This document shows, one piece after another, positions 1 through 15,836 of a stretch of DNA of 64,000 bases; position 1 is the stretch's first letter; each line of letters starts with the position of its first letter. Origin of the DNA: the human T2T-CHM13v2.0 reference genome, Homo sapiens. The notes under the pieces were generated by a model. The model had not been told where the DNA came from and did no database searches. It saw only the letters and a list, made by a program, of their open reading frames with translations. A program made the position numbers and the translations under genes. Location of the stretch: assembly GCF_009914755.1 (NCBI RefSeq), contig NC_060940.1; one strand, given 5' to 3'.

Positions 1-57
1 ACTCACTCTCTACTCTGCTTGCCTCCTCCTGACCACTTTTGGACCCTGTTGTTGTAG

Positions 58-2742
58 GAGCAAGTGGAAGCTGCCCGCAAAGACCTGGACCAAGCCAAGG
101 AGGAGGTGTTCCGCCTACCCCAAGAGGAGGAGGAGGGGCCGGGGGCTGGGGATGAGAGTTCCTGTGGGACTGGTGGAGGCACCCACCGGCGCAGTAAAAA
201 GGCCAAAGCCCCTGAGAGGCCGGGGACTCGTGTCAGTGAGCGTCTTCGTGGAGCCCGGGCTGAGACTCAAGGGGCAAACCACACTCCTGTCATATCCGCC
301 CATCAAACTCGCAGCACCACCACACCACCCCGCTGCAGTCCTGCCAGGGAGCGAGTTCCCAGGCCAGCACCTAGGCCTCGACCCACTCCAGCTTCAGCTC
401 CGGCTGCAATTCCTGCCCTTGTTCCTGTCCCAGTTTCTGCCCCAGTACCCATTTCAGCCCCAAATCCAATAACCATTCTCCCTGTCCATATCTTGCCTTC
501 TCCTCCCCCTCCTTCACAGATTCCTCCTTGTTCTTCTCCTGCCTGCACCCCTCCTCCTGCCTGTACCCCTCCACCAGCTCATACACCGCCTCCAGCCCAA
601 ACCTGTCTTGTAACTCCTTCCTCTCCTCTCTTGCTTGGTCCACCTTCTGTGCCCATCTCTGCCTCAGTCACTAATCTCCCCTTGGGCTTGAGGCCTGAGG
701 CAGAGCTGTGTGCCCAGGCATTGGCATCTCCAGAGTCCCTGGAGCTGGCTTCTGTGGCCAGTTCAGAAACCTCCTCACTTTCTCTTGTGCCCCCTAAAGA
801 TCTGTTGCCAGTTGCTGTGGAGATCCTGCCTGTGTCAGAGAAGAACCTTTCTCTCACCCCTTCTGCACCCAGCCTGACCTTGGAGGCTGGCAGCATCCCC
901 AATGGTCAAGAGCAGGAGGCACCAGATTCTGCTGAGGGGACCACCCTTACAGTGCTGCCTGAAGGTGAGGAGTTGCCCCTGTGTGTGAGTGAGAGCAATG
1001 GCCTGGAGCTCCCACCCTCAGCAGCATCTGATGAGCCACTTCAGGAGCCACTGGAGGCTGACAGGACCTCGGAAGAGCTGACAGAGGCCAAGACCCCAAC
1101 CTCCAGCCCAGAGAAGCCACAGGAACTCGTTACAGCTGAGGTTGCAGCTCCATCCACCTCATCTTCAGCCACTTCCTCGCCTGAGGGTCCTTCACCTGCC
1201 CGACCTCCTCGGCGTCGCACCAGTGCTGATGTGGAAATTAGGGGTCAAGGGACTGGTCGGCCAGGACAACCACCAGGCCCCAAAGTGCTTCGAAAGCTGC
1301 CAGGACGGCTGGTAACTGTGGTAGAGGAAAAGGAACTGGTGCGGCGGCGGCGGCAGCAGCGGGGAGCTGCCAGCACCCTAGTGCCTGGGGTCTCTGAGAC
1401 TAGTGCCAGCCCGGGAAGCCCGTCTGTCCGCAGCATGTCAGGGCCAGAATCCTCCCCTCCCATTGGTGGGCCCTGTGAAGCTGCTCCTTCATCCTCACTG
1501 CCCACTCCACCCCAGCAGCCCTTCATTGCTCGCCGTCACATTGAGCTGGGGGTGACTGGTGGTGGCAGCCCCGAGAATGGAGACGGAGCACTGCTCGCCA
1601 TCACCCCACCTGCTGTGAAACGTCGGAGGGGGAGGCCCCCCAAGAAGAACAGGTCTCCAGCAGATGCTGGGAGAGGTGTGGATGAGGCACCCTCATCCAC
1701 CTTGAAGGGAAAAACCAATGGGGCTGACCCAGTCCCTGGGCCTGAGACCCTAATTGTTGCAGATCCTGTCCTGGAACCACAGCTTATTCCTGGGCCCCAG
1801 CCTCTTGGACCCCAGCCAGTTCACAGACCCAATCCCCTCCTGTCACCTGTGGAGAAAAGAAGGCGAGGACGACCCCCTAAAGCACGAGATTTGCCCATCC
1901 CTGGGACCATTTCCTCTGCAGGGGATGGCAACTCCGAAAGTCGGACACAGCCACCCCCACACCCATCACCCCTAACCCCACTCCCACCACTGCTAGTTTG
2001 TCCCACTGCTACTGTTGCCAACACTGTCACCACTGTCACCATTTCAACGTCCCCACCCAAACGGAAGAGGGGCCGACCTCCCAAGAATCCTCCATCACCT
2101 CGGCCCAGCCAGCTCCCCGTCTTGGACCGTGACAGCACTTCTGTTCTCGAGAGCTGTGGATTGGGGAGGCGACGGCAACCCCAGGGCCAAGGGGAGAGTG
2201 AGGGTAGTTCCTCTGATGAGGATGGAAGCCGCCCCCTCACCCGCCTGGCCCGCCTTCGGCTTGAAGCAGAAGGAATGCGAGGACGGAAGAGTGGAGGGTC
2301 CATGGTGGTGGCTGTAATTCAGGATGACCTGGACTTAGCAGATAGCGGGCCAGGCGGGTTGGAATTGACACCACCTGTGGTCTCACTAACCCCAAAACTG
2401 CGCTCGACCCGGCTGCGTCCAGGGTCTCTAGTCCCCCCACTAGAGACTGAGAAGTTGCCTCGCAAACGAGCAGGGGCCCCAGTTGGTGGGAGTCCTGGGC
2501 TGGCAAAGCGGGGCCGCCTACAGCCCCCAAGTCCCCTGGGGCCTGAGGGTTCAGTAGAGGAGTCTGAGGCTGAAGCCTCAGGTGAGGAGGAGGAAGGGGA
2601 TGGGACCCCACGCCGACGTCCTGGCCCCCGCCGGCTTGTTGGGACCACCAACCAAGGGGACCAGCGCATCCTGCGCAGCAGCGCCCCTCCCTCCCTGGCT
2701 GGCCCTGCTGTTAGTCACAGAGGCCGCAAGGCCAAGACGTGA
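58..2742 (+). CDS. SRCAP: SRCAP terminal coding exon (Snf2-related CREBBP activator protein C-terminus with 3 AT-hooks); 5' part of gene lies outside the window
   Basis: Acceptor ttgtag at 52-57, then open frame EQVEAARKDL...RGRKAKT-TGA. AT-hooks KRRRGRPPK at 1618-1644 and 1855-1881, KRKRGRPPK at 2059-2085. Counting back from the stop of a 3230-aa protein places R2435 and R2444 on CGA codons at 352 and 379. Confidence 0.98.
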   Translation, partial: EQVEAARKDLDQAKEEVFRLPQEEEEGPGAGDESSCGTGGGTHRRSKKAKAPERPGTRVSERLRGARAETQGANHTPVISAHQTRSTTTPPRCSPARERVPRPAPRPRPTPASAPAAIPALVPVPVSAPVPISAPNPITILPVHILPSPPPPSQIPPCSSPACTPPPACTPPPAHTPPPAQTCLVTPSSPLLLGPPSVPISASVTNLPLGLRPEAELCAQALASPESLELASVASSETSSLSLVPPKDLLPVAVEILPVSEKNLSLTPSAPSLTLEAGSIPNGQEQEAPDSAEGTTLTVLPEGEELPLCVSESNGLELPPSAASDEPLQEPLEADRTSEELTEAKTPTSSPEKPQELVTAEVAAPSTSSSATSSPEGPSPARPPRRRTSADVEIRGQGTGRPGQPPGPKVLRKLPGRLVTVVEEKELVRRRRQQRGAASTLVPGVSETSASPGSPSVRSMSGPESSPPIGGPCEAAPSSSLPTPPQQPFIARRHIELGVTGGGSPENGDGALLAITPPAVKRRRGRPPKKNRSPADAGRGVDEAPSSTLKGKTNGADPVPGPETLIVADPVLEPQLIPGPQPLGPQPVHRPNPLLSPVEKRRRGRPPKARDLPIPGTISSAGDGNSESRTQPPPHPSPLTPLPPLLVCPTATVANTVTTVTISTSPPKRKRGRPPKNPPSPRPSQLPVLDRDSTSVLESCGLGRRRQPQGQGESEGSSSDEDGSRPLTRLARLRLEAEGMRGRKSGGSMVVAVIQDDLDLADSGPGGLELTPPVVSLTPKLRSTRLRPGSLVPPLETEKLPRKRAGAPVGGSPGLAKRGRLQPPSPLGPEGSVEESEAEASGEEEEGDGTPRRRPGPRRLVGTTNQGDQRILRSSAPPSLAGPAVSHRGRKAKT

Positions 2743-3113
2743 GTGGGCTGCCCCTCCACCTAGGCTTTCCACCGTGGCCACTCCCTCCATGACCAGGCCT
2801 GACTCTGTTAACCACTACTTGAAGTCTTGAGGGGGAAAGCCTCCAGGGAGACATAGGGGCCTTCTCCCTTCTTCCCACCAAAGTAGGGGGTAGGCAACTG
2901 GTTGTCATGGAAATGGGGATCATCACAGTCCCCTTCCCCTTCACCCCACGTGGCTGGGCAGTGTTAAGGGTGGCAAGATAGTCTCTGTCCCCACCCCCTT
3001 GTACTTGATTCCCCAGCTGTCTTTCACACAGCCCCCCACCCTTAGGGGAAGGGGGAGGGGCTTCTCTACAATGAGGTTTTTTTCTTTTTTTTTTTTTTTT
3101 AAGAAGAAAAAAT

Positions 3114-3119
3114 AATAAA
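3114..3119 (+). terminator. SRCAP: SRCAP polyadenylation signal
   Basis: AATAAA about 370 nt after the stop, preceded by a U-rich tract and followed by GT/T-rich sequence. Confidence 0.8.
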
Positions 3120-3391
3120 CTTAGTTTCTGTATGAGCATCCGCGTAAGGAGGCTTCTGATTTTCTGGTCTGGTGGAGGGTTGGGTGGGAACTTGGGCATC
3201 GTTTTTCTCCTCCCTCTTGTTCTTGCAAAGATCCTAGCACCTGATCTCTAGCCCAGGACTATATGTTCCAGGCAGAAATCTACCCAAGAAGAGGGAAGAT
3301 TGGTGAATTTGATGTGGTAGGGTGCCTTTCCCCAGTCAGTTTGAAGTCACAGATATCCTTTTCCTCTCATTTCTTTTCCCTCGGTTCCTAG

Positions 3392-3716
3392 ACGTTCCTC
3401 GGAGCTCTTTGATGCCTCAGACCTTTCCCTTTTATCCCTCTTGCTCAGGTGCTTCCTTTCACAACTTTTTCCAGAGGGCAGGCGTCCTAGCTCCAGTTGC
3501 TCCATCCCTTGGGCCCTCCCCTGCTCTTCATCTAGCCAAACTGGTTTGAGTCAGCCACACCCCTTCCCAGCTCCCTGGGCTCTTCACGTGGTGGCTGGCC
3601 ACTCAACCCCACCCCTGGGCTTGGCTTGGAGCCCTGAGTCAGCTCCATCACCACCCAAGCCAAACCAAAGCTGAGGCAGGAGCCGAAACTCAGAGTCCTT
3701 CAAGGCCTATAGCCAG
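3392..3716 (+). other. TMEM265: Non-coding upstream exon of TMEM265 or SRCAP read-through exon (5' boundary uncertain)
   Basis: Strong donor CAG|GTAAGA at 3716/3717; polypyrimidine tract plus TAG acceptor ending 3391. Confidence 0.55.
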
Positions 3717-4674
3717 GTAAGAGCCCTGTTCATTTTTACATTCTCTGTTCACTCCCTGGGCCCTCCTTGTGTCCTCCTGTTGACTCTGTGCTTACCTCAT
3801 CTGAGTTATTTCTTTGTATCTACTTCCCTGCAGCTTCTTGGCACACATCATTCTTTGCTCTCTACTTGTCTCGCCCCTTTCACCTTTCCTGTCCTTCGTT
3901 ACTTGGGTTCAGGGAGCCAAGGTGGTTTCATTTTGTCTGGGTTGTAGGGGAATGGTTGGAGATAAGGGTAGAAAGGTGGTTTGATGCCAGGGCCTAGAGG
4001 ACCTGAGAAGTAGGGAGACAAGAAATGATTAAGTAGGGCATCATTTTGCAGGTTTCTGTGTGGTAATGAGGTCATTTAGACTCAGTGTACTAGTCTGATT
4101 GTGTTATGTGGCCTGGGTTAAATTGGAGAGAGGAGGTGGCAGGGAGGCAGCATAGCAGAGGAAGCCCTGACTTAGGGAAGTAAAGTCTTTCTGATGTTTG
4201 GTTTTAGTGGTAATAAAGGGCTTACTTGGGTACATTTTCCTTACCTTTCTCCATTCCCATAACTGTTTTCATGTAAAATGGCTGCTTTGCTTGAAACGGG
4301 TTGCAGTACCTAGGGTCCTGCTCTCTGACATCTATAATACTCAGGGGGCAGCCTCTTGGGAATTTGGGGGAATTGTAGAGTCCTTTGAAATACAGATTAA
4401 AATAACAGATTCATAGCAGCTTTCAAGAGTTTGTATTTTTCCTCCTTCTCGGTGTGCACCTGTCATTTGGCTTCTTCCCACTTGTTGAAACACTAAATAA
4501 TACAGATAATGCCTTGTCTACACTGGCTTGCTTTCAAAGACTCAGAACCTCAAGCTTAGGTAAAAGGATTCCAGCCACACATTTCCTCTCCTGCTCTGTG
4601 AGTCACTAGAGGAATTCCCCAGTAAGGCAACATTCCTGAGTGCCAGGCTAGGCCATGAGAACAGAATGCTCTGA

Positions 4675-5001
<327 letters not shown>

Positions 5002-5654
5002 TGAATACCTATCAGTGCTCTGGGCCTAGTGCCAGAAATAAGAATAAGACAGGGTTCCTTGTCGTCAGAGGACCCATAATCTAATGAAAGAGGTGACAGT
5101 GAAAATGGGTAATTAATAGAATGCAGTTCATCAGTACCGTAATACAGGAAGCACAGGACAGTGTGGGAGCCAGGGAAGATCTATGTATGTAATTATATAT
5201 GTGTATATGGTAGAATAGGTGACTGGAAAGGCATCCTAGGAGAGGTGACAGGATTAATCTTAAAGGGTGAGTGAGTAAGTGTGGAAGGGCATTCCAGATA
5301 AAAGGAGCAGTGTGTACAAAGGCCTGTGGAGCATGACTGGACCAGTGAGGAATAGTGAGAGATGAAGCTAGAGGACCCAGATTCCCAAGGGCCTCCAGTT
5401 CTGTGCTTAAGAGTTTTGACTTTATCTTGAAAGTACTGGGGAGGCATTGAATGGCTCCTGCAGGGGAAAGTGACATGGTCAGATTTGAGTTTTAGAAAGA
5501 TCCACTCTCAAGGCCTACATCGAGGGTGAATTGGAGGGGGCAAGGCTGGAGGCCGCTGAACGGTGATGAGCGCAATCTCTAGGAGTCTGAAAGACACTTG
5601 GGTTTTTGAGAGGGCTTCACCATTTCAAAAAGCCTATTAGAAACAGCACATGTC

Positions 5655-6471
<817 letters not shown>

Positions 6472-6699
6472 CTAGCCTCACTGTTTCTTGCCAATAGTTA
6501 CAAATTCTGAATCAATCTTGGATAGTTGGAAAGAATGGGGAATAACAGAATTGGAAAGTACTTTCCCATAGGCGATCTTGTGAGCTATGGCCACCCTGAG
6601 AAGTAGGCAGGGCCCAGAGATGGGTACCTTATTTTGCAGATGAGAGGTTAGAATCAGAAACTGGAAAGGGAGGTAGAGGGTTTGGATGTGAGATTTTGA

Positions 6700-6951
<252 letters not shown>

Positions 6952-7263
6952 CCCTGGATGGCCTCTGCTGAGAGCCAGCCGAGACCTCCTGGATCCTGCA
7001 ATGCGGCATTGCTAAGGTCCTGTGACAGCAGTGGTTGGAAGGATCCTGGTTGGAAGGATGGGGACTCTCTCAAGGGGCTTTGGAAGAGCTCTTCTAGCCC
7101 TTTATAAAAGGAGGGCAGCAGCTGAGACTGATGAGAGGAGGGCAGCCTGCTCTGTTCTTTCAGGGCCCCCCACCCCCATCTCCCCTACCCTAGCCCACCC
7201 TAGGGCCTCTACCCAGCGGGAGGGGTTGAAGACCAGGCCTGGTTTTATTAGAATTCATTTTGT

Positions 7264-7269
7264 AATAAA
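7264..7269 (+). terminator. TMEM265: TMEM265 polyadenylation signal
   Basis: AATAAA about 310 nt after the stop. Confidence 0.7.
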
Positions 7270-7899
7270 AGCCTTTTTTAGTGGTGAAATACTCCTGTCT
7301 AATTGTTCTCCTCCTGCTTTCCCTTGGGCCCTTGGTGAGAGCCAGACTGGACATCTGACTGATAGCAGAAGCCAGCATCCACCTCATCCAGGAGCTCCAA
7401 GAGAAGGAAACAATTTTTATTTTCTTCTTCTGGAAGTTTCCCTTCTTGGAAAGACCCCAGCTTCTCCCTTGTACGTCCACAGAGACTCTGAGGCCAAGAG
7501 TAGTAGCAGCTGCTACTATTTATTACTTACTATATTCCAGGCTGTGTTCTAAGCACTTTATATTTCTTAACTTCCTCCAGTTTTCAGTCACTCAGTAGGT
7601 GTCTGTACTATCATATCCATCATATGAATATATCACATATGATAGGTACCAACTATCTGAGTGAAAACTGGAAGAAATGTTCTAAAATGACAGTGTTCTC
7701 GTTTTATACTTGAAGAAACAAACAGATTTGCACAAGGTCCTCAGCTACTAAATGGTAGAGCTGAGACTGAACCCAGACAGTTTGGTTCCAGAGCTGAGAG
7801 AGGAGTGAAAGAGTTGGGTAACAGCAACAACCATCCTGTACATGGAGATTTGAGTGATTAAAATGGATTTTCATATCTTTTATCTTGGACCTCATAATA

Positions 7900-8330
7900 T
7901 TTCAAATTTTTTTTAAAATTATGAAGTATATCATACATATAGGAAAATACCCAAAACAAGTATACAGTTCATTAACACAAAGCAAACGTGAATAACCACA
8001 TTCAGTAAAGAAATTGGAACACTGTCAACACTTCACAGCCTCCTTTATACTCCTCCCAATCACTGCTACTTCCTTTCTTCCCACAGGTAACCACCATTCT
8101 GACTTCTAGCAGTGTCATTTAATTTTGTCTGCATTTGAACTTTATATAAATGGAATCATGTATTCTTTTCATGTTAACATTGTGAGATTCGTCAATATTT
8201 GGAATAGGTGTAGTTTTCATTGCTGTGTAGTATTCAGTCATATGAATGTATCACAATTTGTCCATTTACTGTTGGTGGACTTTGGGATGTTTGCAGTTTG
8301 GGGTTATTATGAGTCATGCCTTTTGGAGTA
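7900..8330 (-). mobile_element. Old L1 (L1M-type) 3' fragment
   Basis: Degenerate L1M 3' motifs (ggtaaccaccattctgacttct, tatataaatggaatcat, ttgtccatttactgttggtggac). Confidence 0.6.
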
Positions 8331-8543
8331 CGTCTGTCCTGGCAAGCACCTTACCATAATTCAGAGTCCAGAAGAGCACCTAAAGGAACTGGAGATGTTG
8401 CACACTGAAGAGACTAGAGGGGAAGGAGAGGCACATGATGGCTGTCCTCAGTGTTCCCAAATGCTCCAGGAAGAAGGAAGAGAATAGATTGGTGGTCTCA
8501 GAAGTTAGAATTGAAACAGTGGGTAGAAGATAAATATACAGGG

Positions 8544-8714
8544 CAGTGTTCTCAACATAGCTTCACAGTGGAACCACCTGGGAGCTTTAAAAAGTAGTTA
8601 GGCCTGGGCTTTATCCAGACTACATTCTGACTTAATCGGTGTGAGGTACAGCCTTGGCATCAGGATTTCTCAGTTTCCCAATTAATTGTAGTACACATAG
8701 TTTGAGAACTACTG
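8544..8714. mobile_element. MER5-type hAT-Charlie MITE
   Basis: Imperfect terminal inverted repeats cagtgttctcaa...ttgagaactactg and the internal cacctgggagctttaaaaa motif. Confidence 0.65.
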
Positions 8715-8775
8715 CTCTATAGATAAGATTTTATTGTATTCCCTCTGCAATTTCTAAATCAGGAAAAAAGGGTAA

Positions 8776-9693
<918 letters not shown>

Positions 9694-10733
9694 CGACGAA
9701 TGTTTTAACGTAAATAAACCTGTGTAGTCAGTCACTCACCACCTATAGGAATATAACATTTGCAGCACATCAGCAAGTTCCCTCATGCTCTTCATTATTA
9801 TTTTTATCCCCGATATTGACCTATGGAAACCCTTTCAATCTGGTTCCTGTGTCCTTGTGATAAGCCCCGCTCATTAGTAATGTCTGGCACAAATCACTCC
9901 AGACTCACCTTGTACTTTCCCTGCTGAAGCCTAGAAATTGGCCATTTCTCCTGAAAAGACTTAGTTCCTTTTATTGGGTACTGTTATTGAGAAATCAGCA
10001 TCTAGACACTAGGCGTTCTACTGGGAAGTTACTGCTTAGGGCATTCTGAAAGCAGAGGTAAGAGCCAGTAAATAGTTAATGTTATCTACTTTACATCTTT
10101 TAAAAATCTTTTTAAAAATTCCAGTCAATCATAGGGTTCTTTCTCCACTTTCCCCATTCCAGATTCCAGATTCCCACAGTTAAGAACCTTGGCTTCCAGT
10201 CACATCAATATATTGATTACTCAGCTTCAGAATTATTATCCTGTTATATTACCAAACAACAAATCTAAGTAAAGTTCAAGATTTTTTGCAATTTTGCCTT
10301 TAGATTGATGGTATAGAGTCATAGTACTCTATAAAAAGTTACCTGAATTCATTTTTCTTCCCTCATAATTGTAATCCCAAAGTGTCATTTCTAAGATAGC
10401 TGTAGGGAGATAAGTTAATTCTTTTCCTCTTTGGCTGGAACATAACCTCCACAGGGTAGGGGTGTGTGTGTTGTTTCATTGCTCTCAGTCTAGTTCCTAG
10501 GTCTTAGACGGTCATAAAAATTTGTTAGTGAATGCCAGGTTTGAGCTATGCACTGAGTCACTCCTGGCAGAATCTAACAACCTGGTGGGTTTAGAACAGA
10601 GTGTGATACAAGGCTTTTGGGAGAGGGTGGAAGATTGAGAAAGTGTGTAAATCCCAGATAGTAAACGCTAGGGCTTTGGATGTATTTAGGAGGAGTTGAA
10701 GCGGACACAGAAAAGGCTTCCTCTGGCATTTTA

Positions 10734-11010
<277 letters not shown>

Positions 11011-11069
11011 AAAATGCTGAATTCAGTTAGGGATGCTTGGAGGAGACCGAGGGAACCCTGCTCAAGTCT

Positions 11070-11960
11070 GGGAACTAGAGGCGCGGGAAGGTCCTGCTTC
11101 CCCGCCACCCAGAGATCACGTTTCCCAGTAAACCCAACTTCCGGGTCCCATTCCAGGCCTCCAAGCCCACGTGACAACAAGCTCCGCCCTCTGCTGTCCC
11201 GCAGATGCCACTCGGTGATTGGCCGTGTCTGAAGCCGCGCCCCGGCGTCGCGTTGCAGCCTTAGGTCCAGCCGAGCGCCGACTCACGCCCCAGCCCCAAT
11301 TGGGCGGCCGGTTTCCAATTGGAAGGGCTTCTGAGCCTCAGTCTTCGGGCGGCGCTGACCATTGGCGGGCAGGATGGAGGCGGAGCCTTGGGTCGTCGCC
11401 CGCCGCCGGGGGTTAAGGTGAGCGACTGCAGGCAAACCCGGCGACAGCGCAGCTCGCGTCGACCCTGGCTCCTCTGCCTGCCCCCTCAGGTGAGCCTGCG
11501 CTAGACCCCCGTCCCCTTCCTGCGCCCGCCCGAATGCGCCTGCGCGGCAACAGCCGCCTGCCCTTGCGCCCCTTCCCCCTGCCTCCTGGGCACATCTCCC
11601 CACTCCCCTCCCTGCCCTGCCATCCTCCCGCCCCCAGGCTCTTCTGCGGGGTCTCCCCAGTCCGGGTCCTTCCCCCACCCCCCCCCACCCCCCAGGACCC
11701 TGGCGCCCCAGCTGCAAGGGCTGCGCCCCCGGGAGCCGCCATGCGGGTCGTCTCAGAGCCTGTGGGCCTCCCTGCCCTCACTGCCCTCCTCCTCCGCGCA
11801 GGCCCCCGCCTCCTTCAGGATGACGCTGGACGTGGGGCCGGAGGATGAGCTGCCCGACTGGGCCGCCGCCAAAGAGTTTTACCAGAAGTACGACCCTAAG
11901 GACGTCATCGGCAGGTAAGGCCGCGGCCAGGGAAACGGAGGTCCAAAGAGGTCGAGCCCC
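11070..11960 (+). promoter_or_regulatory. PHKG2: PHKG2 CpG-island promoter and non-coding exon 1 (donor at 11489/11490)
   Basis: CpG-dense; ETS ACTTCCGG near 11138, E-box CACGTG 11168-11173, several CCAAT/ATTGG boxes, GC box; donor CAG|GTGAGC. Confidence 0.85.
11820..11914 (+). CDS. PHKG2: PHKG2 exon 2 (start codon), phosphorylase kinase gamma-2 catalytic subunit, 406 aa
   Basis: MTLDVGPEDELPDWAAAKEFYQKYDPKDVIGR; acceptor at 11801, donor AG|GTAAGG. Confidence 0.96.
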
Positions 11961-11981
11961 AGCATTCCCGCTTCCGTTTGA

Positions 11982-12620
<639 letters not shown>

Positions 12621-14078
12621 TGACTGAATAGTTCTAAATGGGAAGAATCAGTGATCAGTGGAGAACACCTAGTGACTAGACTCTTACCTTGGGTCAACCC
12701 CATTTTTTCACGGATTCATTCATTTATGCCTTCAACACAAAGCTCAACACGGGGAGGGCAGAAAAGATGCGTATGCCCTGGAGGTACTCCACCCGAAGTG
12801 ACTGAAATTGGCACGTGAACGTTAAAAAGGCATCAGGCTAGATAGGTAGAGGTCTGTATCAAGTGCTATGGGATTCCAGAAAAGCACACCTTCTCAGGAG
12901 GAGTCACCTTTGGGCTGGGTCTTGAGGTATGAGTAGGAGTTCGGGGGGGGTCTTTAAAATCGCAAAAATGTATGCGTGTGGTAGATGTCTCCAGCTTTCA
13001 TCAGATTCTCAAAGAGGCTCATTAAAGCTGGGTCATAATTAAAACATGGCCTCAAACTCAGATGCCCTTAGTGGTTGCGCAGGAAATTGAAACTGTGAAG
13101 TGGCCAAGAGTAAGAGAGTAGGAAGTGTTGTGGAAGGTGGAGGGTTTTGCCCCACCTATGATGTATGAATTCAGATTTGTGTAAAAAAATAAAAAAAAAA
13201 TTGCACCGGCCAAAACGTAACACATCTGAGGGCTGTGTTTGGCCTGTGGATCAATAGTTTACATCCCTTGATTTAACTAGATGTGGGTGGCCGAATTCCC
13301 AAGTGAGTTATGTGAGGCCAAGGAGGCCCCAGAGAGCATAACAGTAAGGCTCTGCGAAGGGCAGCCAGGGAACCAGGATAAGAAACAGGATTTGAGGCTG
13401 GATCCTGGAGGGATTTGCTCCTTAGTCTGAGGAATGTGTAGGGTCATATGGAGTTGGTGATAGCCTGAGCAAGGAAATCCTTGTCTAGGACTTTGTGTGT
13501 GCCTCATGAATGCCCTTCAACATCCCTTCAGGATGCTGTTGGCTGCATTTCACAGCTGAAGTCCAAGAACCTTATGTCAGGGGACCACTTAGGTTAATTG
13601 GTAGCAAATCTGGGGTCTGCACTAAGATCTAATTTTCAGCTTTGGTCTTCTAGTCAATGGCTTCCTACTTATTTGGAGCTTCCTACACTTGAGGGAACTT
13701 TGGGATTTGGATGGGGTAATCAGGCAAGTGTAAGTGGAATATAGAGGGAGACTTAGATCTTTCCCCTTCCTGCAAGGAACAGGTGCTGAGGCTCAGTGTG
13801 GGAAGGACTTGCCTAGGCTTTCCCATGGAGGAAGTGGCAGAGCCTGGATTTGAACCCAGGCCCTACCTGCCTTCCCTGTGAGCTTTGTGTTGTGCCTTGC
13901 TGGGTACTCAGGTTTCTGAGGCTGCTGTGAAGCCAGGGTGAGCTCCTAAGCTTGTTGCCCTGTGATCCAGATGGGTCTTCAGAGTCTGGCACAGCGGGCA
14001 TGAGGATGCTGAGGCCCCAGCCTGTGCGGAAATGTGAGCACAGAGGCCCTGACTTGTGCTATTTTCCGGCTCTTGCAG

Positions 14079-14254
14079 AGGAGTGAGCTCTGTGGTCCGC
14101 CGTTGTGTTCATCGAGCTACTGGCCACGAGTTTGCGGTGAAGATTATGGAAGTGACAGCTGAGCGGCTGAGTCCTGAGCAGCTGGAGGAGGTGCGGGAAG
14201 CCACACGGCGAGAGACACACATCCTTCGCCAGGTCGCCGGCCACCCCCACATCA
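14079..14254 (+). CDS. PHKG2: PHKG2 exon 3
   Basis: GVSSVVRRCVHRATGHEFAVKIM (Gly loop and catalytic-Lys region); AG/GT bounded. Confidence 0.96.
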
Positions 14255-14521
14255 GTGAGGCTGTCTTCCTTGCTCCTGTTAGCAGACGACCTCCCACCTC
14301 CTGCTGGCCCTGCCCATAGCCCACTTCCGCCAACATTGCCTCCACACCTCTCCTCCCTTCATTCCACTAAAGAGTGGCCATCCGTTGGGCGCCCACTGCC
14401 TCCTCTGGTTCTCCTTTCTTCCCAGTAACAGCCCGCTGCTGTCCCAGGGTGGCCAAGCCCCGTTAATGTGCATCCACTCCTTTCCATCTCTGTCTCTCTG
14501 CCTCTCTTCCTCTCTCCCTAG

Positions 14522-14576
14522 TCACCCTCATCGATTCCTACGAGTCTTCTAGCTTCATGTTCCTGGTGTTTGACCT
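14522..14576 (+). CDS. PHKG2: PHKG2 exon 4
   Basis: ITLIDSYESSSFMFLVFDL; AG/GT bounded, phase consistent. Confidence 0.95.
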
Positions 14577-14784
14577 GTGAGTATCTCCCTGCCACCATCT
14601 GAGAAGCCTCCTCCCCACCTCCATGTATGGCCCAGCATTTGTGGTGCAGTGGGCTGGACCCATCCTGCTCACACCTTCCTGTTCCAGCTGGGGCTCTCTA
14701 TCACCTGGGCCTGCCTGCTAGCGCATGGCTCTGGCCTTCTCCCTTGGTGCCATGATTGAGGCAAATTCTTTAATAGTGACTAGT

Positions 14785-15836
<1,052 letters not shown>

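Noticed and set aside
3077-3119. U-run followed by A-run at the SRCAP 3' end as a MALAT1-like triple helix
   Set aside because: Only one U-rich tract, no flanking stems or tRNA-like element; a canonical AATAAA explains the end.
5563-5592. TGATGA...CTGA resembling C/D snoRNA boxes
   Set aside because: Boxes only about 20 nt apart with no terminal stem; too short for a snoRNA.
7101-7110. TATAAAAG TATA-like box in the TMEM265 3' UTR (similar motif near 55575)
   Set aside because: Isolated motif with no supporting downstream gene structure.
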